This document shows, piece after piece, positions 25,705-38,390 of a stretch of DNA of 55,163 nucleotides. How positions within the stretch are numbered: position 1 is the first letter of the stretch; each line of letters begins with the position of its first letter. Under the pieces are notes generated by a model that was not told the origin of the DNA, searched no databases, and saw only the letters and a program-made list of their open reading frames with translations. Source of the stretch: Octopus bimaculoides. Its lineage: Eukaryota. The stretch lies in assembly GCF_001194135.2 (NCBI RefSeq), contig NC_068981.1:67990520-68045682 (forward strand), read 5' to 3'. A program made the position numbers and the translations under genes.

Positions 25705-26280
25705 TTTAAAGACACGACAATGTAACCCACATGATCTACTGCCTTCTATGCCATAAGTATGTATATGAGGTTACGAGTGCTTGGTGCCATCATACACCGG
25801 AAAAGGTAATGGACGAAAAGGGGAAAGCAAGATTCCTCTTGGACTTTCACTTCAAGTCGGACGAGATGTTAGAGCACCGAAGGCCGGATATAGTAACCAT
25901 TACAAAGAACAAACAAGAGTGCCTAATAATTGACGTGGCAATGCCAGCAGGTCAAAGTATCATTATGAAAGAAAGAGAAAAGCTTGATAATTATGGAAAC
26001 CTGAGAAATGAGACCGCTAAGATGTGGCAACTACGAGCGTTAAACAAAGTTTACCCCTAATGTCAACGTAGCATTGAGTTCAATACCATCCAATCTGAAA
26101 AAAAAAACATCTGGAAACTTTAGAAATACACTACAATGTAGGGGCATAGCAAAAGTCCGCATAGCGTGGGACTGGAGGCATATTGCGTAAAGTACTGTCT
26201 GTCTGAGATCCTTGTTGCGACTTGACAGACAGTGCAAACCCCCGGTAGACACTATATCTTCAATCAAGAAACTCACGATA
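25705..26280 (+). mobile_element. RLE-type non-LTR retrotransposon 3' fragment (R4/Dong-like)
   Basis: RHDNVTHMIYCLLCHKY...WCHHTPEKV...RRPDIVTITKNKQECLIIDVAMP...KEREKLDNYGNLRNETAKMW...GTGGILRKVLSV*. Shows the RHD motif and the PD..D..K restriction-like endonuclease. Confidence 0.9.
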
Positions 26281-26541
26281 TTGTATATCATGTGACGTAA
26301 AAAGGACTTGTTACGTAAACATGAAAAGTGAATTGGAAAATATGTCAAAACAACTTATACAGTCCTCCTCTAACTTATTCATACCTTGTTAATTTTTGTG
26401 TTTTTATTTTTATTTTTGTGATGAAATGAATGCATTTTTCAATTTTGTTTATTTGACCAACAAGCGAAAGAATAACAACAATACACAATTAAAAAAATTC
26501 TTCATTTTAGGGGTATTTTATTCATGGATATTCAAAAGATA

Positions 26542-27759
26542 CTATGTTCAAAATTATTCATACCCTAGGTTTACTGAGTTCAATATGTTTCTTTGATAGT
26601 CAATAGCATAGCGTTTTTTTTATGACTGCGTCTAGACGATACATGTACATGTCTACAAGCTTCCTGCATATCTCTTGTGGGTTGTTGGCCCACTCGTTCT
26701 TGGAGAAAGCCTGAAGCTGGGTCAGGTTGTTCAGTTTCCCAGCCATCACTCTGGTTTTCAAGTTCTCAATCGGATTCAGATCAGGTGATTAACGAGGCCA
26801 TTCTGTGACGATGACACCATTGTCCATGAACCATTTCTTCGCTGCCTTGGCGGTATGTTTCAGATCATTGTCTTACTGGTACTTCCACCCGTTGCCGCGT
26901 TGCAGTTTCTCAGCGGATTCCTTCACGTTTTCATGAAGGATATAATCTTCATTTCTTATGAATCCTTGGGCCCTGACAATGTGCCCTGTGTCACTGGAAA
27001 AGAAACATCTTCATAGTATTGTTTCCACCATTATGCTTGACGGTGGACACAGCATCCTTCAGCTGTGTGTGTGCGTATGTGTGTGCATCATTGTTCTTAG
27101 CAGCAGTCTGGCCCTCCCCTCAGCCCCATCATTTAACCCCATTGTGGTGCCGCTGTCCTAGAATCCACTCTTGTCTTCTTCGAGACATATTCAGCATCCA
27201 TATGGCCAAATAAGGCGAACTTCATCTCATCAGACTACAGGATGGTTGACCAAAAGCAAAGATCAGCAAGTCTCCAGCCTACGTCCATGGAGACCTCCTT
27301 TGTGCAAGAGGCGCTCAGTGGTAAACCGTGACACCTTCGTGCCTGCCTGGTCAAGCGTTTCAATTCAGGCCTTAGTTGTGGTCCTGGAATTGTTGTTGAA
27401 CTCTCGGGAGATTTTTCTGGCAAGTTTGGGAGAACCCTTACGCTCCCTGTCACGCCCACTGAGGTTTTAAACAGCGTTCAACCACTTGTGCTTGTTGATT
27501 ATCCTCTGGACAGTTGCCACAGGGACACCATGCCGCTTTGAAATAGCCTTGAATCATTTCCTTCACTGTGGGAACGCATAAGACGTTGACGTAGGTCTTC
27601 ACTGAGCTACTTCTCAGAAACTGAGAATGACCAGAGCACGTTTCCTCTATACTCTATTTATACTCTACTCATACTCTTCTGGAAATAACTATAGGACAAA
27701 GATTAGCATATTCATAGGAAGTGAAAACAGGGTGAGGTATGAATAATTCTGAACATGTG
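26542..27759 (-). mobile_element. Decayed Tc1 (DD34E) transposon with both TIRs and TA target duplication
   Basis: TIRs ctatgttcaaaattattcatacc (26542) and ggtatgaataattctgaacatgtg (to 27759) with TA at 26540-41 and 27760-61. Minus-strand remnants: SDEMKFALFGH, STVKHNGG, YQ*DNDLKHTAK, WPR*SPDLNPIENL, RLDAVIKKN. Confidence 0.93.
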
Positions 27760-27989
27760 TAGAAAAGAAATTCGGTCCATTATTATTATGTCCTATTTGG
27801 TCCTATTATTATGCAAATGATGTTTAGCCAACTCATACGTGGATTTGTGCATAGAAGGAAGTAGATAAAAGATACACAGGAAGTACCAACATTATAGCTT
27901 TCAGAAACGAAGGGTCTAAAAAAGAATGTTAGTTTCCATGAGGTATGAAGAATTTTGGGGACGATTCTATATTACAGAAATGAAAATGA

Positions 27990-28150
27990 AAACGTTGCTT
28001 AATGATATAGATCTAGAAAGCTACTGGCCCAATGTTCTTCAAGGATACTGCTTTAAAATCTTCGGATGGATGCACAGTTATTCATAGCCGTATCGTTCTG
28101 AATGTATAGAAAATGGAACATGAACTACGACGATAAATGGAAGGACAGTG
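27990..28150 (+). mobile_element. Possible RTE-like LINE remnant
   Basis: KATGPMFFKDTALKSSDGCTVIH...MEH loosely resembles the RTE .YGP....PL.S.DG.T....RW.EH segment. Weak. Confidence 0.25.
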
Positions 28151-28661
28151 CTCATAAAAGAAAGAAGATTCGGAGGATAGGTCAGTGAATACAGGCCCAT
28201 TACTTGTTTACAAATGGTCTAGAAATTCTAACAGATTTCATAATTAACACACTAATTCTATAGCCTTCGGAAGGAGAACTCATTATCAATAAAATTACAT
28301 TCCTGTTGGAAGACGTTAAGAGGAACTGCTTATCTCATGCATATCAATATCATAATACTAAAGCAAATACGAATAAGAAAGAACTTTGTGTTGGTTAAAT
28401 AAGCACTAAGAAAGCTTGCCATAATACCACTGGGATAGATTATGGAGTGTTGGAGAATACTTGTGGTCAATAAGAAAACGAGCGGTATTGTTAAGAAATT
28501 GCTATACGGTCATGTAAAGTAGAGTAAAGGAAGGGATGGGAATAATTAGAAATGTTAAAATACTGAGTCGGTTATATTAGGAAATGCGCTCCGTCTAACT
28601 TTTCATGAGGGCGTTAATTTCTCTGTAAAGCATACTATGACAATCTCTCTCTATATATATC

Positions 28662-28694
<33 letters not shown>

Positions 28695-29059
28695 NNNNNN
28701 NNNNNNNNNNNNNNNNNNNNNNNNNNNNNNNNNNNNNNNNNNNNNNNNNTATATATACACTTATGAGCTTTCTAAAACGAAGTTGAAAATACATCATCTA
28801 TTGCATATACAGAAAGCTTTAAATTATACGCCAACACTGAAAAAGACATTGGTTGTCTCATCTAAACAGAAAGAAAATGTAGCGAGTATATAGGTATGAA
28901 AAACTGTGTTTATAACTATGCAGTTTTAATTATGAAGCTGAAAGATTAAATTGGACGGTATAGAAATTCCACAACGTGATATTAGATAACTGAACATTAT
29001 AAAGCATATAACACGATGAAAAGGAAATGGAAACATGAGAGAAAAAATGTCTACGGGCA

Positions 29060-30200
29060 CAACAGAATGATGAGGAAAGTGCGCAAAACAAAACTAACTG
29101 AAAATAATGGGATGAAGGTATTTATTACATTAAGCATTATAGTGTTGAGGTATTCTACATCTCTTCTAAAGTAGATAATGAACTGAGAACTGGAAGTGGA
29201 TTCATGAATTAGGAAGCTACTCAGAAAGAATAACGCACACCACCCTAAATATAGTATCGACTGGCTCTGCTTAACAGGAAGGAATTGCGGCAGACATTTC
29301 TTTTTCGTAAACGCTGAAAACATAACGACTGTGGTATTGTGCCTGAAAGTCTCAATGTGCAAAGTAATAACGTAAATATCTGCGGCCAGAAATATCCAGT
29401 TCCTACAACAAACCGAGGAAGTTGTGAGTGACAAATGTAAAAGTGGAACGGAAAAATGTATCATCCATAGTCGCTCGTCAAGAATAAACTGTTAAAATGC
29501 ACTTGGTAAAAACAACGATTGATCAAACTTAGTCAGAGAGCAATGGTAGAGTGTCGAAAAACGGCAAAGGATTAACTTTTACCGACCTGAATTCACTGTG
29601 CAAACCCAATAGAATATAACTGCGGAAATGACTGATCAGTGGATGAGATACTAAGCAAGTTTGACGTTTCCCTGTGAGAGAAAAGCGGTTTGATCACGAA
29701 CTAGAGTTTGTGATTATGACTTTTATCCGAACACACTAACCATTCATAAGCGAGAAGAAACTACACGTAATCGTGAAGTAGAGAATGAACTAGTCCTACG
29801 ATCTAATAAACATCACTTACAACGCAAAGCAATATGTATATTTACAAAAGTCTAGCTACAGAATTTAGTTCTTATCCCAACCAATTACTATAGAACGTGT
29901 TATATAAAAAGAAATTGCTACACAATAATATTATATTGAAAGCTGCGCTTCGTGCGACATTAATAATAGACTTTGCAATCCCATATGATAATAGAATGGA
30001 TATCAAGCAAACTAAAAGAATTGAGAGATATGATCTAAACAAGGAGATGTACAGTAAAAAAGCAAAGATAAAAATTGCATCTGTGGTGATTGACTCATCT
30101 GCACAACACCCAGAGGCTATCTGAGGGATTAAATGTTGATACTAAGATTGAGACAATTATGGTCGACCTGCAGAATGTACCATCCTATATTTTAAAAGAA
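29060..30200 (+). mobile_element. Old decayed R4/Dong-like RLE retrotransposon (RT C-terminus to endonuclease)
   Basis: VLRYS...ELEVDS*IRKLLRKNNAHHPKYSIDWLCLTGRNCGRH (cf. TRKLL...HHPKAD.DRLY..R..GGRG) and IIDFAIPYDNRMDIKQTKRIERYDL. Confidence 0.7.
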
Positions 30201-32747
30201 TTTGGATAAGGAAGACATTTTTATCTCTATAGCGGAAAGAATGTGTGGATAAAAAGAAAACAATAGTCGTGTAATATGTTAGCACACACCTATTGACGTA
30301 CGGGTATGGACGGTATTGGGCAAAACCAAGTTAAGCAATATTAACTGTGTAACAACAAAGAAATTTAAAATTTCAATTTTAAAATTACCTAACCATGATT
30401 GAGCACTATAAATGAGTTGAATGGTATTTAACAGTAGTCACTTAACGTTATATACCATAAAACTGACGGTACCCTGTAGTATATTGCAATTGCAAAGATG
30501 GGATAGATCAGTAGCATAATGTTTAGATTTAATCTAATATAGAAAGAATTAATATAGGGAAACATTTGAAAAATGAAACTGAAAACACTTCTGAACGAAG
30601 TGTATAACAAAACGCAAGATATGTAACAATCCACACAATACTTGTGACTCCACAATAGAGATATCGAAAATAAAAATGCATGTATGTTTTCATTATATTA
30701 TATAATTATTTCTCTAATACCTCTTGTGTTTCCTAATTAGAATGTCAGAAAAGCAGTGTCAAGCTGTAAAATAGAATTGTATTGCAAGCTAATTATTAAC
30801 GAAGAAAATTTACGACTTGATTTGGAAGGAGTACATAGTTTCTATACAAATGGATTCAGAAATAATAAAGAGGAGTTCTCACGGTCAATAACTGTAATTA
30901 AATATTTACTGATTAATGCTCGTCTTTTAACTTAATTTGATCAGGATGAACTAAATATGAATTTATTGAGTTTCCTCTAACAAAGCAGCACCCCTTAAAT
31001 AATTTTCTATTTTGGAATCATTTAGCACCATTTTTCCATTGCTCCTTTCCTTATAAATCTGTATGATAAAGGATCCTATGGGAACTTAGAAATATAACTC
31101 ATTACGATCCAAGTTAGCAGTGAGATGGTAGTTTTGCACTTCAGAAAATACAAAATGGTAGTATATTTCCTTGGCAAAATGCGATGTATTCGTCAACCCT
31201 CTACATCTCCAAATCCCCTAAGCAAACATCTATTCTGTGGACTGTTTAGTAGACGCACAGGATACAAGATTTTATAAATAATATCTAGTTCTTTTTTTTT
31301 TTGGAGTTGAACTTTAAACTAAACAGCATTAAAATCTCTAAATCCTATTATAGTCATGTCTTACGAGCGCTTCATTCTGTAAATAATATATGCACCAATT
31401 TAATAGTCAAATGGGAATATTACTTGAAAGCGACAAGTTCGCTAAGGTGATACCAGATTCCTTACAATAAGTAGCAATACTTTGCTACAACATGTGAAGC
31501 AAATTTTCACCTTAAGGTGGAATTCAAACGGCAGTCACTACAGTTATTTGTATACACTGAATAATAACATTATTTAATAAAGTATACCCAATCTATCAAA
31601 ATGAATTACCATCAAAACTAAATAGTTTACATCTCTAGTATATCTAGGGTAGCAATTTAGATGCTAAAATGTTGCGCTATTTTTCTTTTACTTCTTAGTT
31701 ACTAATCAATACAGTCTGTATGCAAACATTTCTTTTACTATAGCAGTTGTGTATATACCAAGATTTACACTCACATAGAATTTATGGTCATCTAATAGGT
31801 TCATAATCTCATTTTCTATTCTGGTTGTCTTGAATTCAATTATTGCCTATTGCAGACACATTAAATTGGCGCCAATGTTCCTCCGAAAATGTGTACGGTT
31901 GTAATGAGAAAAATAGTATTCCTCTTCTACCGTCTACATTTTTTTTTAAAGTTTCGTTGTAGTTCGTCCTATGATAATTTTCGAAGAAAGAAAGGCTACG
32001 GTATATTATGTGTATCATTCTGTACCGTTTTCCCCAATGGGTTTCGTCATAAATTTGCGTGAAACTAACAAACTTCAATTATACTATAGAAAATGCTATA
32101 AAAATCAGTTAAGTTCTTCCTAATTGGAATATACACTATCTACCTGAGTTTTGTAGAAATTAATAAACTATCTATTGCAGGCTGCCGAAGCTTGCACCTC
32201 ACGTAAATGATTAATTATCATTAATTAAAAATGTCGCTATGTCAATTATTTAAACCATCGGCATAACAGAGAGACTGACGCACCGTCCTTGAAAGTATAC
32301 ACATACTAAAGCAATATGCATGTGTATGCACCTACTAACATTTACATTTTCAAAAGTATGGATAAATGAAACAGAGGCACAATCACAGAAAACGAATACG
32401 CCTCGATACAAAACTTTCAGTACTACGGGAATTGGGTTTAATTATAGAGTAACTATATTTACCGAATTTTCACAACAGCTTTCCCGTAGATACCAATGAC
32501 AATGAATATCAAAGCCATTTGTTTCGAATGAGGATATGAAACAGACACACACTCAAGGACACAGACACATACACATATACATATATATTTAAATAGCTTA
32601 CGATATAATTAAATAAAATTATTGCCTGTGCGGGGAGCTCGTTTGTGATTTACCTCCAAAATTTCAAGAAGTAGTTTCTTTCGCTTATTCATCGCCTGTT
32701 TCTTCTTCTTGTGAAACATTATGGAAAGGTCTGTCGGTCACATGAAT

Positions 32748-33187
32748 CCCAGTGTTCCACTAGTTCTTAATTTATCGACCATCGAAAGGATGTAAGGCAA
32801 AGTCGACCTCGGCGGAAATTCAAATCAATTCGTAAAGACGGACGAAATGCCGGTAATCATTCTGCGACAGACGAATGATTCTGCCTGCTGACCGCCTACA
32901 CACTAATAATAATAATCATAATGATAATAATGACAATAATAATAATAATAATAATAATAACAACAACCATAATAATAATAATAATAATAATAATCTCTTC
33001 AACTATATCCACAACACCTAAAATCTTAGGGGAAGGAGGCTAGTCAATTTGGTAGACCCCAGTGCTCAACTGGTACGCTGGAAGGCAAAGTCTACTCGGC
33101 AGAATTTGAACTCGCAATGTAAAGACGGATGGAAAGCTGCTAAGAATTTTACCCGGTGCAGTAACAATTCAGCCAGATCGCTACCTT
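32748..33187 (-). mobile_element. Two truncated copies of SINE family 3 (32748-32897 and about 33025-33187)
   Basis: They share cccagtg.tc.act.gt...aggcaaagtc.ac.tcggc.gaa.tt..aa.tc...gtaaagacgga. The minus strand has a tRNA-like head with B-box-like GAGTTCAAATTC and a central GCCTT.CATCCTTTCG...GTCGATAAA box reminiscent of Deu/Nin-type SINEs (from recall). Confidence 0.75.
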
Positions 33188-33194
33188 AATAGTA

Positions 33195-33600
33195 AGAATG
33201 TCTGTAAAAAATTTGATAAATCATGTAAATATAAGGACCTGGAAATTGAAATATAAAAATGTGGCATCTAAAAGTAAGAACTGATTCAAGATATGATAAA
33301 AATTGGGATGTCAGAAACAACTAAATAACATCCCAGGAGAACCAGGTAACAGTGAAATCGAAGAGGTTGTGGTGACAAGTACTGAGTACTTACTAAAAAC
33401 GTCCCTATCAATTTAAATGTCTGTGTTGCATTACATGAAGATATTTCGCTACCGTCACTGCCACTTCACCTCCCCAAGCTTTCAGTTATATTGAAACGTC
33501 TCTTATCCTTCAATCGCCCTACGGTGTTCGGGGTGTCTGGGCAAGTGATTGTAACAAACATATAAAGTAAAAGTACATAACAACAACAACAAAAACAATA
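33195..33600 (+). mobile_element. R4/Dong-like subfamily A: endonuclease C-terminus plus 3'UTR ending in (AAC/AAT)n
   Basis: KYKDLEIEI*KMWHLKV...GCQKQLNNIPGEPGNSEIEEVVVTSTEYLLKTSLSI* followed by a UTR shared with 24800-24952. Confidence 0.85.
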
Positions 33601-33627
33601 ATGAAAACAACAACCACTATCATTTTT

Positions 33628-33688
<61 letters not shown>

Positions 33689-33704
33689 TTATAATAATAA
33701 TCCA

Positions 33705-33820
33705 AATATATGGTACCCTAGGCATAACACCTACATGAACTTCTAACTTGTTGTCTCTTGAGGTATCTGGGTGAGACTTGGATCCAACTTGTACAAATGC
33801 AAAGCAAAAGTCAAACATAA

Positions 33821-33822
<2 letters not shown>
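33705..33822 (+). mobile_element. Short unique segment bounded on both sides by (AAT)n; probable 3' end of another (AAT)n-associated retroelement
   Basis: Position between two AAT tracts and an A-rich end (gcaaaagtcaaacataaaataataat) like the other 3' ends. No coding evidence. Confidence 0.4.
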
Positions 33823-33874
<52 letters not shown>

Positions 33875-33877
<3 letters not shown>

Positions 33878-33957
33878 GTCATTTTTAGTACAATCTCGTC
33901 GATTTCACTGTTACCTGGTTCTCCTGGAATGTTGTTTAGATGTTTCTGATATCCCAG
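33875..33957 (-). mobile_element. Inverted short fragment of subfamily A
   Basis: The reverse complement matches 33303-33405 (ggga..tcagaaaca.ctaaa.aacat.ccaggagaaccaggtaacagtgaaatcga.gag.ttgt) with an internal deletion of about 21 nt. Confidence 0.85.
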
Positions 33958-33969
33958 AAATTACTATAA

Positions 33970-34639
33970 ACATAATGAAAAGAAGCATAACAAGTAACTG
34001 CAAAATATGTGGAGATGGACAAAAAACAATAAATCGTAACATCTCTGGCTGAATATATTCACAGACACGACAGAGTTGGGACCTACATACACTGAAAGCT
34101 ATGCCAACACTATGGAATAACAACAGATAAAAGATGGTATAGCCACACACCAGAAAAGGTCACAGAAAACGAGCAAGCAACCATACTCTGATATATGCCA
34201 ATACACACAGAAAGAGAAATTAATGCCAATAGGCCAGATACAGTTGTCAGAGATCATGAAGAAAAAATGCTTTCTAATTGATGTATTAATACCAGCAGAT
34301 GACAACGTTTCTCTAAAAGAAATGGAGAAACTTTGAAAATACAAAGACCTGGAAATAGAGGTAACACGAATGTGGAATCTAAAAGCAGAAACAATTCGTA
34401 TCATAGTAGGCGCATTATGTATGATAAAAAAATATTTAGACAAATACATAACAAAACACCAGGACTTACAAATATATATAACATACAGAAAATTGCACCA
34501 CTGGGCACTGCACACATCCTACGCAAAACATTTTCAATACAGTGACCATAAGAGCAACAAAGCAAACCACAGCACATACCCAAGGCACACGGAGCTGCGC
34601 TCATAGTGAAGTGAATGCACCTTATAAAAATAAAACTAA

Positions 34640-34640
<1 letters not shown>
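33970..34640 (+). mobile_element. R4/Dong-like RLE retrotransposon 3' end (zinc knuckle plus endonuclease plus 3'UTR) ending in (AAT)n
   Basis: CKICGDGQKTINRNISG (decayed CCHC), HRHDRVG, NRPDTVVRDHEE..CFLIDVLIP, KEMEKL*KYKDLEIEVTRMW, IVGAL, LGTAHILRKTFSIQ*. Confidence 0.92.
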
Positions 34641-34699
<59 letters not shown>

Positions 34700-34700
<1 letters not shown>

Positions 34701-35203
34701 TGGCTCTCATGGTTTGTGATCTCAAATTGGAAGTGTTATCATGTACTTCGTTTTGTCTTGGTATAAAAGATGGGCAACAGCAAATATTCTGCTCAATACC
34801 ACTGGCTTGCTTGTCAGTTGCTTAACCGTAACCAGCTGAGTATCTCCCTTAGTCGCTGACGATATGTGCACCTCTGATTACGAGCAGAAGTAGTGGGGGA
34901 GCATCATAACGGAATTCTTTGGGGTTTGGATAATTTACCTCTGGAAACATGAGTGCTTTGTTCAACATCCTTAACCCTTCCTCAAAGGCCTTTTCAGGGG
35001 AAGGGACTACTCCATCAGAAGAAAACTCTAACTGGGTCCCACCTGCAATGTCATGCGCTATTTATCTTGTTGTGGTATCACTATGTTGTGCATATATGCT
35101 TGTGATGCATGCACCTGGTGTACCCTTATCAGACGGGTAGTCATATTGGGCATCGTATATTTTGCCCTAGTGTCACTTTGATGATATGCACTGCTCTCTC
35201 ACT
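34700..35203. mobile_element. Unclassified about 0.5 kb non-coding dispersed element, copy 2, flanked by (AAT)n on both sides
   Basis: Homologous to copy 1, bounded by (AAT)n at 34640-34700 and 35204-35276. Confidence 0.85.
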
Positions 35204-35204
35204 C

Positions 35205-35278
<74 letters not shown>

Positions 35279-35284
35279 ATCCTT

Positions 35285-35500
35285 TATTGACCACCAGAGC
35301 CGATTGAAAAACAGAGGACGATACACGGATGAGGAATAGTGAGGTCAAGCGTGTAAACAGCAAACAAACAGAGCGATTAACAAAGAAATTAAACCAACAA
35401 TATGCTTCCCATATAGGGGTGAGTTTGACCGTAAGTTGACAAAAAAGACTCCACGAACTTTGGACCCTTAATATCAAAGGCTCTCTTATCCACTTCATAC
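35285..35500 (-). mobile_element. Possible 3' end of a Penelope-like element
   Basis: KWIREPLIL...KLTPIW followed by a T-rich tail resembles the GIY-YIG C-terminus. Weak. Confidence 0.3.
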
Positions 35501-36793
35501 GGCCTACAGGCGCACACTTACAGTAGGCCCACTGTTACATTTATTGTGAACTTCTCCCACATCATTCTGTTGCAGTTTCCCTAATCAAGGTTTTTCATCA
35601 TTTTTCCTATAGTTGTTCAGTTGTATACCTCTAGATTAGTTTCCTTTCCATTGGTTCCTTTCGAAACATACGAATATAAGATATCTCCTAATGATACATA
35701 ATGTGATTGTCGGAAGGCTCTAATGAGATTAAGCTATTAACTTTTAAACAATTGTACTCTATTGTCTTGAAGTTGTTACACGTTTTTTGATGCTTACTGA
35801 TTTCAAACGTTCCTATAAGAATTAATCTGAAACGTTAATTATTTTATTAAGTTAAATTTATTAAGTAATTAACAGGTAGAGCCTCTGGGGGACTTAGAAA
35901 ATTTTAACATTCTTAATACGTGTACAAATAGGATTAATCTTATCCTGTTGAAATTCGTTTTCTGTATCTTTTAAAATTTGAACTAACCAGCACATATAAA
36001 TAATATCTAGCCTACACGGATCCCGCATTTTCAGTATTAAATTGAATTTTAATCTTAATTCTGAACATTACATCACGCTCCTATTGTTCTCATATTAATT
36101 AAATTATCATACGCTCGAGAAACGTGTTAAATGTTTTTAATTTAGTATTACGACTTAAATTCCTGGAAGAAATGTCTAATTTATTCTTTTGTCAAACTAA
36201 ACATAGTTTTATTTATCTTGAAATAATATGCCGTAATCTCTTAGTTTAATAATACTTAACTACTCTCACGTAAACTCCTTTAATTTTAAGCGACATCGTT
36301 GACATCAATACGAAATTTCAAAATTATGTAAGGTTTTTTTATTATGTAATTTTTTTTTATTAACTTTGAAACACTTTTGAAACGTGAAAAATACACACCC
36401 ATGATTATTACTTGATATTTCCACCACTCAACTACTCTCTATGAAAATAACTTAAAGTAAACTTAACGGCTTTTTCTTCTCTGCATGCATTTAATAGCGA
36501 TATATGAACATCTGTTACACAAAAAAGAAGTCATTGCATCGAATTTGTTGTCATTAAGAGTCTGAGAATATAATTCTCGGGAAATTTCGAGCGTATATCT
36601 CAATTTCTTTATAATGCATGTAGTAAGATTTAAAATTACCTCATTATTTTAATACAACTTTAAAAATAGCAAGAGTGAATTTATTGGTGCAAATACAAAT
36701 GTTAGAGAAAATTATATCAGAAGTCATGTTCACCTTAATGTTTACTCACACACACGCGCGCACATATGTATATATACGTATGTGTGTGTGTGG

Positions 36794-36838
<45 letters not shown>

Positions 36839-38390
36839 CACAATGTTAATTGCAGAATAAAACCGTTAGGTCATCGACTCGAAAAGACGTAGCCCAACAA
36901 TGACCACATATAAGAAGTACAACATAGACCATAAAAACCAAATTAGTAAAGGGAGGTCAAACTTTTTATACATAAGAATAAAAATCGATTAAAAATGCAA
37001 TAAAATTATATAAATAAATAAATAAACAGCAATTAAAAATTGATTAAAAATATTAGAGACTGGTACAAATACAGTAGAATAAAAATATATATGTATAGAA
37101 AAAATATCGAGATAAAAAATAATACATAGGGAGACGTATCACAACAGTTCATTCGCTGAGGCCAATAACAAAAAAAAAAAAATCCAAGACAAGTAGTACG
37201 AAAGTTCAATTACCTGCCTCATGCCAGCAAATTTAGTAGGTAAAATTCAATTTCATAAACAGGAATACCGAAGCGCACGGGACAAAACAACAACAGAACA
37301 TCCTAAGTGTGGCAAAGTAAAATCCAAGTTTCACCATTCCGCAGGTAACATCAGTAAAGTCAAACCATAAACATCATTTACAGTGGATTACGAGTATAGG
37401 TGGAACACAAACACAGAACACCTATGGCCATTTCGCGGGTATATCACCGTATTTAATGCACGATAGAGCACAAATTGGTGATAACCCCTTCTTCAGGGTA
37501 AAAAAAAAACACAAAGACATCAACGACGTCACAATGTTTTATTACCCACAAGGGGCGACATAGAGGGGACGATACAACCTGAGTTGGGGTCAGATGAAAA
37601 CGGATGAATTAACAGAAATCGCCATCTACTTATGGAATACAATATATTTCAACCTCTTGCATTAAAGATTCTAATTTCACCCATCAAAGCTGGATATGTT
37701 TAAAAATATACGTACAATTCATTCTTATCCAGTATGAAGATAATGTTCATCAGTAATTCACTTTCCTTAATTTGTTTTGCGTATTGCAATAATAATTTAG
37801 ATAAGAATTAAAATGTCCTTTTCATATATTGAAGTATTGAATTCATTTAAGAAGTCTTTTGTTTTGTTTATGAGGAATTAGATAATAATTGGATGAAGGG
37901 TGTCAATGCTAATGAGTCAATGAATGAGCGAACATAGACTGGGATTATTAATTTCAAATGTGATATCCTTAAAGCTGTAACTAGCCACGTAAGAGGATAA
38001 TGTCTACAATGACGTTTGCTTTTCAACGAGATTTAGTGGCAAAAAGAAGTGAATTGATTTCGTGCTCATGCTTTTCTCACTTTTATTACTGCTATAGATC
38101 TAATTGGATATATTTACGGAAATTATATAATCGCCTCCGATTAGCAAATATCGTGTAATCTTAGTCAACTGTAGTCTGTAATGTATGTGTGTGTGTTTGT
38201 TTTGTCTGTGTGTATGTATATGTATATACAAGCATACACATTTATACATATAACACATACCCGTACATGTATATCTCTGTCTCTCCCTCTCTCTAGATAT
38301 ACATATATACTTATATACATACTTGCATACCCGCACACACACATACTTATATATGTGTGTGTGCGGGGGTGTGTGCGTGTTTCTCTGAAA

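Larger units (their letters stand above)
32900..35276. repeat. Series of (AAT)n tracts at about 32900-32995, 33630-33700, 33822-33873, 34640-34700 and 35204-35276
   Basis: Direct reading. Confidence 0.97.

Noticed and set aside
27989-28001. 13 bp match to the reverse complement of the mariner left TIR (15470 region)
   Set aside because: Short, AT-rich and 11 kb from the element, so likely chance.
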